In this document: one piece after another, positions 28,221 through 44,460 of the stretch
Layout of the letters: each line of letters begins with the position of its first letter
Position numbering within the stretch: position 1 is the stretch's first letter
Source: the human T2T-CHM13v2.0 reference genome, Homo sapiens
Direction: 5' to 3' (one strand)
Length of the DNA stretch: 64,000 bases
NCBI RefSeq assembly: GCF_009914755.1
Contig: NC_060931.1
Notes under the pieces: generated by a model
The model's database searches: none
Told to the model about the DNA's origin: nothing
Seen by the model: only the letters and a program-made list of their open reading frames with translations
Translations under genes and position numbers: made by a program

Positions 28221-29789
28221 CATTCTCCCACTAAGGAGGTGTGATAACCCACATCCGTCTCTAAGGGTAAGCAGCAATTTAACAAGAGAAGAAGAAAGGG
28301 GAAGGGAATTGGAGCAGAGCAAAGGCCACTTGGACATCTAAGTGAGACAGGGAAAAAACTGTGAAAGGGGAAACTCATTAGTTATTTACAGGCCTTTAGC
28401 CTCATTTTCAGGAGGGCAGTCCCTGGTAATCAGGAGGGCCTTTGTTTGCTGAAGGTATGGAGGAGGTGAGGCTGCCTCTGGAGAGGTGGTTTCTCCAGCA
28501 CAGCTGCTGGGGCAGAGTGTGGGGTGCACTTGCTGCGAGGAGGGAATGCTAGGAGAGGTGACCTGCCTCATGGAAGTGACATTCAGAATGCTGTGCATTG
28601 AACTCTCACCACCAGCAAGAGCAATAAGCTCAGGAAAAACGTTCATTTCTCTCTGGTACCTTTTAATTTGAGGAATCAAGAAAAGTGACAAATTCCTTCT
28701 CCATGGTAGGTAGAGGCTGAGGACCCAGCCTGCCCTTGAGCCCTAGGTAACAGTGGGTTACAGAGATAGAGGACCGCAGTGGTCACTAACTGCCTTCCTG
28801 AGCACCTCCCACATGCCAGGCATTGGGCTAAGGGCTGCAGGAGCCCAATGATTAAGACACACTTTCTGCCCTTGACGACCTCACAGGTCCAGCTGGAAGA
28901 CAGACCAGGAAGCAAATAATTACAATTAAACACTGTCACATTACTGTTAGAAGGGCCATACGAGAGGCTAGTGTAAAATGCCTTAAAAATGTAGATACAG
29001 AAACAGTCTCACCATGGAGCAGATTACAAGTACTAGGACTAAAGGAGCAAATATTAGAAGTAAAAAGAAAGAACATTTCCCTGCTAATTTTGGCATCCTT
29101 AAGCCACCCATAATGAAAACAGCTTCTTAATCAAATCCAGCTTTTATTTCCAGGCTGAACCACAGCCCTTTCTGTTTTCCTCCTAAGCCAATATAATGTT
29201 TTATTCCAAGCTGTTTTCTCCCATCATCTGTCAAATAGGGCCACTTTAGATCTAATACCAGCCTCTTGATGGGGAGCAGGGGCTGCATTAGTAGAAGAAT
29301 GTCCTTACATCCCTGCAGAACTCTCTGGGTTCTTTGCTATTACTAGAAAAGATCAGAAGAAAAAGATAATATAAAATTAGGTGATTTAGCTAATATCCTC
29401 CTATCTGGTTCTGAGGACTATTCAGACTAGGAATGAGATCTGTTCTTTCGTTTTAATTTGAGCACTCTTGATTCCTAGTACGGAAATGCACTATAAGCTC
29501 TGACCATAATCCTTCTCTTAGTGTTTGTTTGTGTTGCAATATTTACATTTGTGATCTTCAGAATCATTAATGCTGCTCTGCAGCCATTGTCTCATCAAGT
29601 GAGCTAACAAATGATCACCCATCAATAAGAACCTGAAAACCTGGCACCTACAGAGATCGAAATAACCGTCCCCAGAAGCCCGATACACAATCATAACTCA
29701 AGCAGCAGTGGGGATCCACAATGCTCACACTCCCAGACGGTAATGGTCTAGCCTCCAACTCAGGCTGAAGAATGACCACAAGTGGGCAC

Positions 29790-30330
29790 TAAATTCCCTG
29801 TCAGATGTCTGAAGCCCCACGGCTTAATTATTAGCACTAAGATTACAGCCTCTATATCAATGTGACTTTACTATTTGTTCAAAGAAATTCTGGCTCAGGA
29901 AGATAAGGCCATAAACCAATAAGATACCTCCAATACTCATTTATCAAAAATAGACTGCTCAACCAGCCATCTTCTCAGGACAATAGGTTATTCATACAGG
30001 TAAACAGTCCCCTTCCCAAGACAGTAGGTCACTCACCTGGGCAAATCTACTTGCCTATCAAACAGTTATTCATGAAGTCTCACCTTAAAACTCTCTTCTT
30101 TGTTGCATCCATCAACTCTAAACAATTTTATCATAAACTTTGCCTAATTCTAATCAGATTACTGATTAAAATTAAACCACTTGAACTCAGGCCCCAAAAC
30201 TCAATGACTATTTTTCTTCTGACACACTACTAAGTCTCCACCAAGGTGATACTTTCCCTTATTATAGTAAATAATAAACTCAGCTTTGTTTGATCAGCTG
30301 ATTATTCTGATGGTCTTTCAGGAGCGTCAG
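29790..30330 (+). mobile_element. ERV1-like solo LTR (MER67-like; family uncertain)
   Basis: LTR-like U3/R with aataaactcagctttgtttgatc poly(A) region followed by ggtcttt. Confidence 0.45.
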
Positions 30331-31028
30331 ATACTCCAGATGGATTAAATGAAGGAAATGTAATGAAGCAGCTCCTTTCAGAAGTGAAGGCAAGATTACT
30401 GCGATACACGAGGAATAGTGAGGTGTCCAGGGACCAGCAAGAGTGGGAAGCCATTGCCACCCCTAGGGCTGAAGGGACAAGGGGAGGAATTAGTGTCAGT
30501 GGAACCCAGCAAGAGTGGAGACTATAGAGTCATGGCTGCCCAGCCAAAGCGGAAGTCATGAAGGCCCACACCCACCATCACAAATCAGGGGGAGCAGGGA
30601 GGGAACACTGCCTCTGCTTCTCTTGCCCTTCAGTTGCCTGCTGGTTCCTCCCATTAGACAAACCCAAATGGAAGCCAGCAAGCAAGCAGACCCCAATAAT
30701 GCCGGAAGCAGTCTGCTGGGGGCCAGCGAAGGGCAGAGAAGGGAGGAGACTGGATCTGTGTGAACATGGGGAAATGGGATGATAAGTGAATAACCAGTAC
30801 ACAGCACAAGGAATATTGGTTGAATGAATGAATGAATGAATCCCCACTGGTCTTCAGCAAGGTTATAGTAATAGTATTTGCTAACGAATGAATAAATGAG
30901 TTATACTGAATATGCATTATCTCTACTTAGCATATTGGCTTTGCGGGGGGCAGGGGGATCATAATCAGTAAATGTCAACTTTGTTCCTTTGCTTAAAACT
31001 TTATTTCAGCCAAGATAGACAAGGCACT

Positions 31029-31400
31029 GATATTAGTCCATTCTCACATCACTAATAAAGACATATCCGAGCCTGGATAATTTATAAAGGAAAGAGGTTC
31101 AATTGACTCACAGTTCCGTAGAGCTGGGGAGGCCTTAGGAAACTTAAATCACAGCAGAAGGAGGAGCAAACACTTCCTTCTCCACAAGGCGGCTGCAAGA
31201 AGTGCCGAGCAAAAGGGGGAAAAGCCCCTTATAAAATCATCAGATCTCGTGAGAACTCACTCACTATCATGAGAACAGCACGGAGGTAACCACCTCCATG
31301 ATTCAATTACCTCCCACCGGGACCCTCCCACCACATGTGGGAATTATGGGAACTACAGTTCAAGATGAGATTTGGGCGGGGACACAGCCAAACAATATCA
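31029..31400 (-). mobile_element. THE1 solo LTR
   Basis: attagtccattctcac...gggacacagccaaacaatatca, gcact 5-bp TSD. Confidence 0.93.
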
Positions 31401-31789
31401 GCACTCAAAGAGTAAAACAGAGAAGAAAAATTGGGCATGTTTTAGAGATTTCATAGATGTTATCTGTGGTATAATTTGGCTTAAAGCCTGGACTTAGGAG
31501 TTCTGGCACAAATATCCTTCACCTACTCCCTAAAATATCATCAAACCAAGACTTCTTATCTAGGAATTTTACCATAATTGCAAGAGCTAACCACATCACA
31601 TTTTCTGGAAGGACTTGAAAAGGTTAGCAAATTTGGAAATACCACCAAATAAGAAGTTGCCAAAATAATCCTTTTTTAACAGTTCTGTTTTAAATTATGT
31701 AGTCTAGTAGAATGTGAGCTTATGAGAGTTGGTCAAAGCCAAGGAAGCAAACTAAGTTTTTGGGCTATCTGCCCTGTAACAGATAGCCC

Positions 31790-31930
31790 CCAGTATAATT
31801 AAGGGTTAAAAACCTCTAGTTCTGAAATCAGATAGACCTGGTTTTGAATCTTATACTATGTGACTTTGGGCAAATTACTTGCATCCCATGCCTCAGTTTC
31901 CTCATCTGTAAAATGAGAATATTATTCCGT
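31790..31930 (+). mobile_element. MIR
   Basis: tgtgactttgggcaaattactt...gcctcagtttcctcatctgtaaaatg. Confidence 0.88.
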
Positions 31931-32419
31931 GCTTCTTTTTTTTTTTATTGGTGGCTATTATTTTTGGCCACCACATTCACCCCCTACCCCTTTCAATACT
32001 TTTTCCTATAACCCGGGACCGGAAGTCTGGCAACTGCTACATGTCCATCTCCATTTCCTTCACGGTTCTTAAAACTGTATATAAATACATTCTGCCAATG
32101 ATATGCCCCTGTGCAAGTTTCGGAAGTTCAAGCTTTAGCAGATGTGAGCTTCACAGCAACTTCTAAGTTTTCGCTTCCTAGTTATCAGCCTGGGTGCTTC
32201 AGGACGGCTATGACCAGCGGTGACCATGGGCAGCAGTTTTCTGTTGTTTTCCTCATCTCAGTGGTGGCAGCAGTTTCTTAGAGTAAGACTGTATGGGTGA
32301 ACCTAAAAGCTCACGGTGCCTCCCGTGACTTTTGCTCCTTCAGCCTTTTAAACTTTTTTATTTTAATGAACTTCTAATTCCTTCCATTAAACTTCTTCCT
32401 ACATAAAATATCTAAGGTC

Positions 32420-32717
32420 TTTTCTTTTATTTTGAGACAGGGTCTCGCTCTATGACCCAGGGTGGAGTGTAGTGGCACAATCACCGCCCACTGCAGCCTC
32501 AACCTCCCCCCACTCAAGTGATCCTCCCACCTCAGCCTCCTGAGTAGCACGGACTACAGGCGCATGCCACCATGCCCAGCTAATATTTTGTATTTTTTGT
32601 ACAGACAGGGGTCCACCATATTGCCCAGGCTGGTCTCAAACTCCTGGGCTCAAGCGATCTACCCACCTCAATGTCCCAAAGTGCTAGGATTACAGGCATG
32701 AGCCACCATGCCCGGCT
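32420..32717 (-). mobile_element. AluJ
   Basis: Reverse Alu with J diagnostics (ctcctgggctcaagcgatc). Confidence 0.95.
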
Positions 32718-33184
32718 GGTTTAGCTTTTTCTAACTGAACCCTGAATGAGATCTACCAGAGTGTACTAAGTTTTATACCCCAAAAGTACCTTTTATAGAA
32801 ATGATCCTTGAATTAATCACTACTGTGGAGGTCCTTCATCATGTGCATAACTGTTATGGATTCTTCTATAAAACTGAAGACTTCAGAATTCTCCAAGGCA
32901 ATGAAGACAAGTTAACAACTATGTTAATCATCCTAATAGCACTTTGATTTAAAATCCGTTTATTTGGTTCACGTGACCATTTCAAACACCTTATTTATAG
33001 ACTTATATAAAATATAGGCTGAACCAGGTAAATGAGTAATATTTTGAAAAGAATCTTTTTTTCTGAGCAGTAGGTCTTACAAGTGGGCTTTAAAAATTCA
33101 GTAAACCATGCTGTAAACAGATATGCTATCATCCAGGATTTGTTGTTCCATTTAGAGCACAAGCAGAGTATATTAATAATTCTT

Positions 33185-33500
33185 GGCCGGGCACGGTGGC
33201 TCAGTCTGTAATCCCAGCACTTTGGGAGGCCGAGGCAGGCGGATCACGAGGTCAGGAGATCGAGACCATCCTGGCTAACACGGTGAAACCCCATCTCTAC
33301 TAAAAATACAAAAAAATTAGCCGGGCGCGGTGGCGGGCGCCTGTAGTCCCAGCTACTCGGGAGGCTGAGACAGGAGAATGGCGTGGAGCTTGCAGTGAGC
33401 CGAGATCACGCCACTGCACTCCAGCCTGGTCGAGGGAGCGAGATTCCGTCTCAAAAAATAAATAAATAAAAATAAATTTAAAAATAAATAAATAAGTAAG
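33185..33500 (+). mobile_element. AluY with ~13-bp internal deletion
   Basis: CpG-rich AluY diagnostics; aattctt TSD. Confidence 0.96.
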
Positions 33501-34016
33501 AATAAATTCTTAAAGCTCCTAAGATTTTCAGAATGGTAAGTGAGCACTGGCTTCAACTTAGTCACCAGCTTCATTAGACCCTAACAAGAGAGTCAGCCTG
33601 TCCTTTAAAGGTAGACATTGACTTCTCTCTAGCTATAAAAGTCCTAGATGGCATTTTCTTCCAATAGAAGGCTGTTTTACCTATATGGAAAATCTGCTGT
33701 TTGGTGTAGCCACCTTCATCAATGGTTGTAGATAGATCTTCGGGGGAACTTGCTGCAGCTTCTACACCAGCACTTGCTGTTTTGCTTTGTACTTTCATGT
33801 TATGGAGATGGCTTTTTTCCTTAAATCTCGTGAACCAGTCTCTGCTAGCTTCCAATTTTTCTTCTGCAGCTTCCTCACCTCTCTCAGCCTTCGCAGAATT
33901 GGAGAAAGTTAGGGCCTTGCACTAAATTAGGTTCTGGTTTTAAGGGAGTGTTGTAGCTGATTTAATCTTCTATCCAGACCACTCAGACTTTCTCCATATC
34001 AGCAATAAGGCTTTCC

Positions 34017-34283
34017 TTTTTTTTTTTTTTTTTTTTTTTTGAGACGGAGTCTCGCTCACTGCAAGCTCCGCCTCCCGGGTTCACGCTATTCTCCTGCCTC
34101 AGCCTCCCGAGTAGCTGGGACTACAGGCACCCACCACCACGCCTGACTAATTTTTTGTATTTTTAGTAGAGACGGGGTTTCACCGTGTTAGCTAGGATGG
34201 TCTAGATCTCCTGACCTCGTGACCCACCCGCCTCGGCCTCCCAAAGTGCTGGGATTACAGGTGTGACCCACTGCGCCCAGCCT
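34017..34283 (-). mobile_element. AluY-type Alu with ~39-bp internal deletion
   Basis: Reverse Alu; gca(a/g)taaggctttc TSD. Confidence 0.95.
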
Positions 34284-36008
34284 GCAGTAAGGCTTTCTTA
34301 TCATTCATGTGTTCACTAGAATAGCACTATAGCATTTTTAATTTTCTTCAGTAACTTTTCCTTCACATTCACAACTTGGCTAACTGGTGCAAGAGGCCTA
34401 GCTTTTGGACTATGTCAGTTTTCAACATGTTCTTCTCACTAAGCTTAATCATTTCCGGATTTTGATTTGAAGTGACATGTGCAATGCTTCTTTTCACTTG
34501 AACACTTAAAGGCCATTGTTATTAATTGGCCTAATTTCAATATTGTTGTTTCTCAAGAAATAGGGAGGCCGTAGGAAAGGGAGAGACATAGGGGAGTGGC
34601 TGATGCATGGAGCAGTCACATACACACATCGTTTATCCATTAAGTTCACTGTCTTATATGGGTGCAGTTCATGGTGCCCAAAAACAATTAAAATAACAAT
34701 ATCAAAGATAGCTGATCACCAACAGTATTGTAACAAATATAGTAATGATGAAAAAGTTTGAAATAATGTGAGAATTATCAAAATGTGACACAGAAACATG
34801 AGGTGAGCACATGCTGTTGAAAAATAGCATAGACAGACTTGCTGAATGCAGAGTTGCCACAAATTTGGGTTGCTTCAATTTGTAGAAAGTGCAACATCTG
34901 TGGAGTGTGTTAAAGCAATGTGCAACAAAACAAGATATGTCTGCACTCCATTTTGTATTAAAGCAGCACTCCACCCCTCCTTGATAAGGTTGTAAGCTTC
35001 TTGAAGACAGGAACCAGGCTTTACCAACTGGAGGAACTCTTGGTATGGTGTTCTGCATAGTAAAAATATCACTGAGGAAATCACAAGTTCACAGATTTGC
35101 AGAGAGAATCACCATTTGAGCCTTCCTTTAATGCCTGAGGTTTTCAAAGCCAAGTCCAGTCCTGACTTGCCTTAAACATCTAATTAATCTTATCTCTGGA
35201 CTAATGAAACTGATTACATGGCACTTTGTAAATATCTAAGGTACTCCCCAAAAGATAAACAGCGGCAATGGTCAAGATCAAAGCGTTGGGTATGGAATGC
35301 AACTGTTATGGCTCGAGGGTCATGGCTGCCTGGAAGAACAATAAACGCAGCCTGGCTTTGATCATCTCACTCTGAACACAGAACCTTCAGTGGTTCCTCA
35401 CTGCCTTCAAAAGCCCACACTTCTTGGCAAACTCCTCTGTGCCCCTACCACCTGGTCTCAGCCCACCCTCCCTGCCTTATCTTCCAATGCCTTTCACTAC
35501 CATGAACAAGCTCACCAAACACTCCGTGAACAACTCATGACTGCACTGACTGGCTTCCTGGTCTCCAAATACTCCCTTTTCTTTCCCCTGCCCCTCCCCA
35601 TCCAGTGCATTCTGCATCAGCCAGCTCAGGTCCCTCCTCTTCTCAGAACCATCATGTAATGACCCTTTCCTGCCACCTTGTACAGTTGACACTTCTTACA
35701 TACTCATTAAGCACTTTTCATGTATTATCTCACTTCTCAAAATTATAAAGTAGGATTATTTCCTCCATTTTATGGATGAGGAAACTGAGGCAAACACCCT
35801 AATATTTTCAGACTGTGTAATTCAAGTCTCAGATAATATTTATAGCTCACTTATGCTCCAGAAGAAAATCTGGCTAATTTACTCCTAAGACAGCTGATGG
35901 ACATCTATAAGATTTCTTAAACAAAGCAGTGAGTGCTTTCAAAATTCAGTATAATAATCTCAAAATTGCAACAGCATATATGGTATTTAAAAATACTTTA
36001 CACACGTA

Positions 36009-36312
36009 GGCCAGGCACAGTGGCTCACACCTGTAATCCCAGCACTTTGGGAGGCTGAGGTGGGCGGATCACAAGGTCAGGAGATCGAGACCGTCCTAGC
36101 TAACACGGTGAAACTCTGTCTCTACTAAAAATGCACAAAATTAGCCGGGTGTGGTGGCGGGTGCCTGTAGTCCCAGCTACTCGGGAGGCTGAGGCAGGAG
36201 AATGGTTTGAACCTGGAGGGGCGGAGCTTGCAGTGAGCCAAGATTGCGCCACTGCACTCCAGCCTAGGCAACAGAGCAAGACTCTGTCTCAAAAAATAAA
36301 TAAATAAATAAA
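36009..36312 (+). mobile_element. AluY/Sc-type Alu
   Basis: aaatactttacaca(c/t)gta TSD. Confidence 0.97.
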
Positions 36313-36325
36313 TACTTTACACATG

Positions 36326-37385
<1,060 letters not shown>

Positions 37386-37604
37386 AGATACTTTTATATC
37401 ATGCACTTGATCCTCCCAAACACCCTGCCAGGAAGCAGAGGGGATTTACAAAGCAGAATCGGGTTCATGGTTCTGGGTAGGGCCCGAGACTCTGCATTGC
37501 TACTCTGCATTGCTACCCTGCACCTGGTGATGCTGGGGATCTACAGACCACAGCCCTGGGGCAGGACAAGTAGGTGGCAGGAATGAGATGCAAAACCTGA
37601 TTCG

Positions 37605-37730
37605 TTATACTCACAGTCTTTTCTTTTTTCTTTCTTTCTTTTTTTTTTTTTTAATACCTTATACTCACAGTCTTTTCTTTTTTCTTTCTTTCTTTTTTTT
37701 TTTTTTAATACCTTATACTCACAGTCTTTT
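37605..37730. repeat. 54-bp tandem repeat, 2.3 copies
   Basis: ttatactcacagtctttt at 37605, 37659 and 37713, separated by identical T-rich tracts plus aatacc. Confidence 0.95.
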
Positions 37731-39299
37731 AGCTCTTTCAGGGAATCCCTCAGAAGCGACTCCAACCTCATGAGGAGGAAAGGGCTCACTGAGAACACAG
37801 ATCCTCACCATCTTGATGGATTGATCAACTGAAATATTTCCAGGTGACCATCATGAGGCTCACCCATTGTTGTGAATGCCACAGACACCCTGAGGATATC
37901 TAAGTTACACCCGCCTTTGATCTTACACAGATTGCTTTTTTTAAAAAAAAATAAAAAAGACTACCTGTACTTCAGCTAAAATTAAACTATAATAGAAACT
38001 AATTGGATTGCAAACTAGTTGAACTACTTAAAGCTTTCCTTCACAAGATTATTTGTCAGAAGTTCTAATCCCTGATGCATATCAAAATCATCGTTTATTT
38101 TTTAAAATACCCATGCCCAGGACCCAGAGAGACTGATTCAATGGGTCTGCTGCTTAGTTTTGTTTTTCAAGTTCTCCAGGTAATAGCAGTCAGAGATGGA
38201 AATCATTGACCTAAGATTAAAACGCAACCTAAATTCAAGATATTTAATAAATTGCATTGGTTTATCTTCTTGATTGACATTACTAGATATCAGAATAAAA
38301 GTCTGGTATATTTTATTTGTTAACTCCAAATGCAAACAAAATACTTCAGCTATTTCATTGGGTCTAAATTTACTGTAGGGGCAAACTTTACACAAAATCA
38401 CACAAGACTGCTAGCAGCAATTACATGCCCCTAGCAACACAAGGGTTAATTTTAGCATCATAAAACTCTCAGTTGGACCCACCAGTCTACTTAAAATTAT
38501 GGTTAGGTTTATCTGCTTCATTCAAATCAATAGCTGCTTTACTTCCCCTGCTGAAACAGAGCTTGCCACCACAGCCATATTGATGTTACCCTTCTTATTG
38601 ATTATCATCGTTCATATTCAGCCATAATTTGGATATTGCCAACCAACATTTCCAGCCAAGGACGCTTCAAAATAATGCATATAAATTGTGTCTTATTGAT
38701 CACAGAACTTCTGCTGGCACTTAAGTATGTTGACATATAAACATGAACAGAAGTCCACAAGTTTGCATTTCTGATGTTTACAGAATTATAATTTATAGTA
38801 AAACAAACTTATGCTTTTAAAAAAATCACCTTCATAAAGTGGTATAAACACGAGGCTTAAATTGCAAAAACTATTAAAAGAATATAAAGTCCTACAGTTT
38901 TTTCAAATGATTTATGGAAAGAAAACGTCATTATTTCTCTTTTACACTTGATATCATTTAATTGCATTTTGCCACTTGCAAGATAAAAATAAATTTGCCA
39001 AATCATAATTACTGAAATCAAAAATTATAGTGTAATGAAATAATGTTTTCTTAAGAGATATATATGTGTATATCTTTTCTTATTTTAAGATTTCAAGAGT
39101 TCACAGTAAGATTAGCACAATGCTTGAGACACGTTTCCCAAAGATAGCTTGGCAGAAGCAGAGTAGAGCACTGTTATTAAATAAAACACATGGCCAAAGT
39201 CTCAACCTCTGTCATGAGGTGACTGCTGTTAACTCTTTATTAAGAGTTAACAGCTGCAGCTTTTCCCATAGAAAACAAGATAAACCAGGCAAACAGTGC

Positions 39300-39420
39300 A
39301 CAGGTGCTGACCTGACCTGCTGCTGCTCAAAGTCTTGGAAAGGCCCACGTGACGTCATCAGGGGCACCGCCCTAACTCAGGGAAGTGAAGAAAGAGTTTC
39401 CTGGAGAAACTGAGGAATGA
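39300..39420. promoter_or_regulatory. Candidate enhancer: overlapping E-box and CRE plus ETS-like site
   Basis: CACGTG 39346-39351 overlapping TGACGTCA 39350-39357; GGAAGTG at 39381; motifs only. Confidence 0.4.
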
Positions 39421-40286
39421 TACATTCACAGACATATGTTGAGAAGCTGCCATCCTATCTCTCTATCACTTCCTTTGCTGTGTTCCCAGAGTGAGAGAAA
39501 TGATAATTCTCACCGAAGGCACTCCACGGTCTCATGGTCTCGCCTGTGCTAGGAAGCCTGGGAGAATATATGCCACGTAGACTGTGTAACAGGAATAATA
39601 TTTGGAAACTATGAGTGGTGTGTTTTTTCATCCCACGCCCTAGTCACATTCCCTGCACACATTCCATAGCTCCAGGGAAGAGGGAGAAGAAATGCCATTC
39701 TGGATGGACAAGAATACGAGCCAGGCAGGATGGGAAGTCAAAGCAAGCCTCTCGGGTCCAAGAGGAAGAAGATGGAGCCGATGAAGGATGGGCTGATGGA
39801 TGGCAGCAGACAGTTGGACCCTGAATCCTGCCCCCTCATCCACCTCTGGATGGGAATCCTGGTACGGGGTGGAGCCGGGCTTCAGCTGGATTGGGGGAAG
39901 GCTGGAAGGTGAGGGATCTTGATACTCTGCTCTTCATTGGGAACTGCAGGAGGTGACTCCAGTCCTGGGCGTCACCCTGCCAGTACAGGGTAGGCACAGC
40001 GGGGTGGAAGTGGCAGCCCAGTGTAAGTCAGGTAGGGAAGAGTCCTGAGTAAGTGTCCCTCACCAACACTGGTTCCTATGGAGCAAAGGGGAGTGGAGAG
40101 TCCAGGAGATAAGGTGATAAGGGGTGAGGCAACTCTACCAGACAGGTCAGTTACAGGTCAAAGCTGAAATTCAAAAAGGTCTGCATTGCTAGGGAGAGCT
40201 AAGGTGGAGAGCCAGGTAAACGGGAGAGAAGCTGCACCAGCTCCATGGACTGCAGCAATAAGATCCCTGTCATGAGATCTACTACT

Positions 40287-40502
40287 CTGTGGTCACCTCA
40301 GCACTATTGACGTTTGGACCAGATAATTCTTCACTGATGGAGGCTGCCTACACATTGTAGAATGTTTAGCAGTATCCCTGCCCCCTACCCACCAGATGCC
40401 AGTAGCACTCCCCTCCCCTCTTCAGTAGTGATCATCAAAAACACCTCGGGACACCAAATGTCCCCTGAAGACAAACACTGTAGTAGGTTGAGAACTACTG
40501 CA
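40287..40502. mobile_element. MER20 hAT element
   Basis: cctcagcactattgacgtttggaccagataattct ... ggttgagaactactg. Confidence 0.9.
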
Positions 40503-40734
40503 TCAGCCCTAGACACCGCTTGGAGAGGATGGCAAGGGAAGAGGCTGGAAAACTGAGCACCTATCCCAGAGACAGCTATTTCACACTGAGATCTCAAGGC
40601 CTGAAGAAAGTAAGATCCCATCAGTGGCAAGTTGAGGGACCTGACCCCTCCACCTCCACCCACCCATCCTTAGGCTACCCAGCCAAGTGGGTGCCCAAGA
40701 GCAATAGAAAATAACAACTCTGGGAAGAGCAGGC

Positions 40735-40860
40735 CATCACTCAATTTTACAGATGAGGAAACTGAGTTTCTAAGAGGTTAAGCTAACCATCCAAGGTCAC
40801 ACAACCAGTTAGTGGCTGAGCCAGCATTCAATGCCAGCGAGGCTCCCTCCAAAACCATGC
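40735..40860 (-). mobile_element. MIR
   Basis: ttttacagatgaggaaactgag...ccaaggtcacaca. Confidence 0.88.
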
Positions 40861-41382
40861 TCATTCCTATACAACTCCCTTTCACACAGAGTGCCAAGTT
40901 AGAACTTCATGTGTATTGCAGTGTCATCTCAAGAAGACAGAGCTCCCGTTGGGAAGGAATGATATATGCCTCTATGCCAAGCATGTCATTTGTGCTCCAT
41001 AAATATTTGCTGAATGAGTGAATGGATGAAACCCTCTCCTCTACCTCTGGGCTAAGCAGGCTGTTTCCCAAGGCCTCACTGCACCTGAAAAAACAAGAAT
41101 GAAGATAAAGCAAAGGCTAACAATTGCAGGACCAGTGTTCCTTCTCAGAGATCCTTGAGCGAGGCAAAAATAATGTACAGCTGGCTTCCAATCAACAGCA
41201 CTAATGCGTGAGTCAAGAGATAAGCTCAATGAGCTTGCAGAGGAGGGAGAGATGGGAGGGAGCAGTAGGAGCCAGGCAGGAGAGGAGGGACCTGGAGCAG
41301 TGACTTGGGCTCAATTTGGAAGGACCAGAAAATTAGTGGGGAAGACCACTCCAGAGTTGAGTTGGCACAAGAAGTAAGAGCA

Positions 41383-41950
<568 letters not shown>

Positions 41951-42425
41951 TTAACATTGATTGAGGGTTTACCATAAGCAGGAGCTGTTCTAAGCGCTTT
42001 GCAGGGATTACCTCATTCGTGGAAGGCTGATTTCCCAGCTGAGGAAACCTGGGGGAGCTCAGCATCCCTGAGGCCTTAAGGAAGGTACTCAGGCCTCATG
42101 ACTCCTAAGTGACGGGACAGGATGGGAAACCAGGCTACTGCATGCCCCAAGAACCATGCTGTTCGCTGCCAGCCCCTATCCCTTCCTGGCATGTGATGTG
42201 ATCAAAGTGACATAAGCACAACACTAACAAGGAGATGACGGCACCAGGGTTCCTTCTTCATACCCTTAATCTGCATAATAGTCAACTCAGGGTAGGGCTT
42301 AGGCAGTGGCGGGTTGGGAGATTCAGGATATGTTGTAGCAAAAGCTAGAGCTTAAAAGCTATTTGCTAAATGACTGTCTCTGGTGTGTGTAAGATGCAGT
42401 CGCTTTACAGTTGATTATATGTTAA

Positions 42426-42907
<482 letters not shown>

Positions 42908-43036
42908 TGACCACTTACTGTAAAAACGTGTAGCCAGCAAAACTTCTGGTTCTTAGGAAATGCAATCCACATCCTCGCTGGTGAGGGCAACTGACTCATG
43001 TGTGGGGTATTAGGAGGGGGCTTATTTGTATGTGTG

Positions 43037-44460
<1,424 letters not shown>

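Larger units (their letters stand above)
33025..34943 (-). mobile_element. Tigger1 5' portion with dead transposase, split by two Alus
   Basis: ORF 33574-33855 [10 protein letters not shown]...GGYTKQQIF...[16 protein letters not shown] is pogo/Tigger transposase; TIR-like aagatatgtctg at right end. Confidence 0.92.

Noticed and set aside
33574-33855. Possible domesticated TIGD-like gene
   Set aside because: Frameshifted Tigger1 fragment interrupted by Alus.
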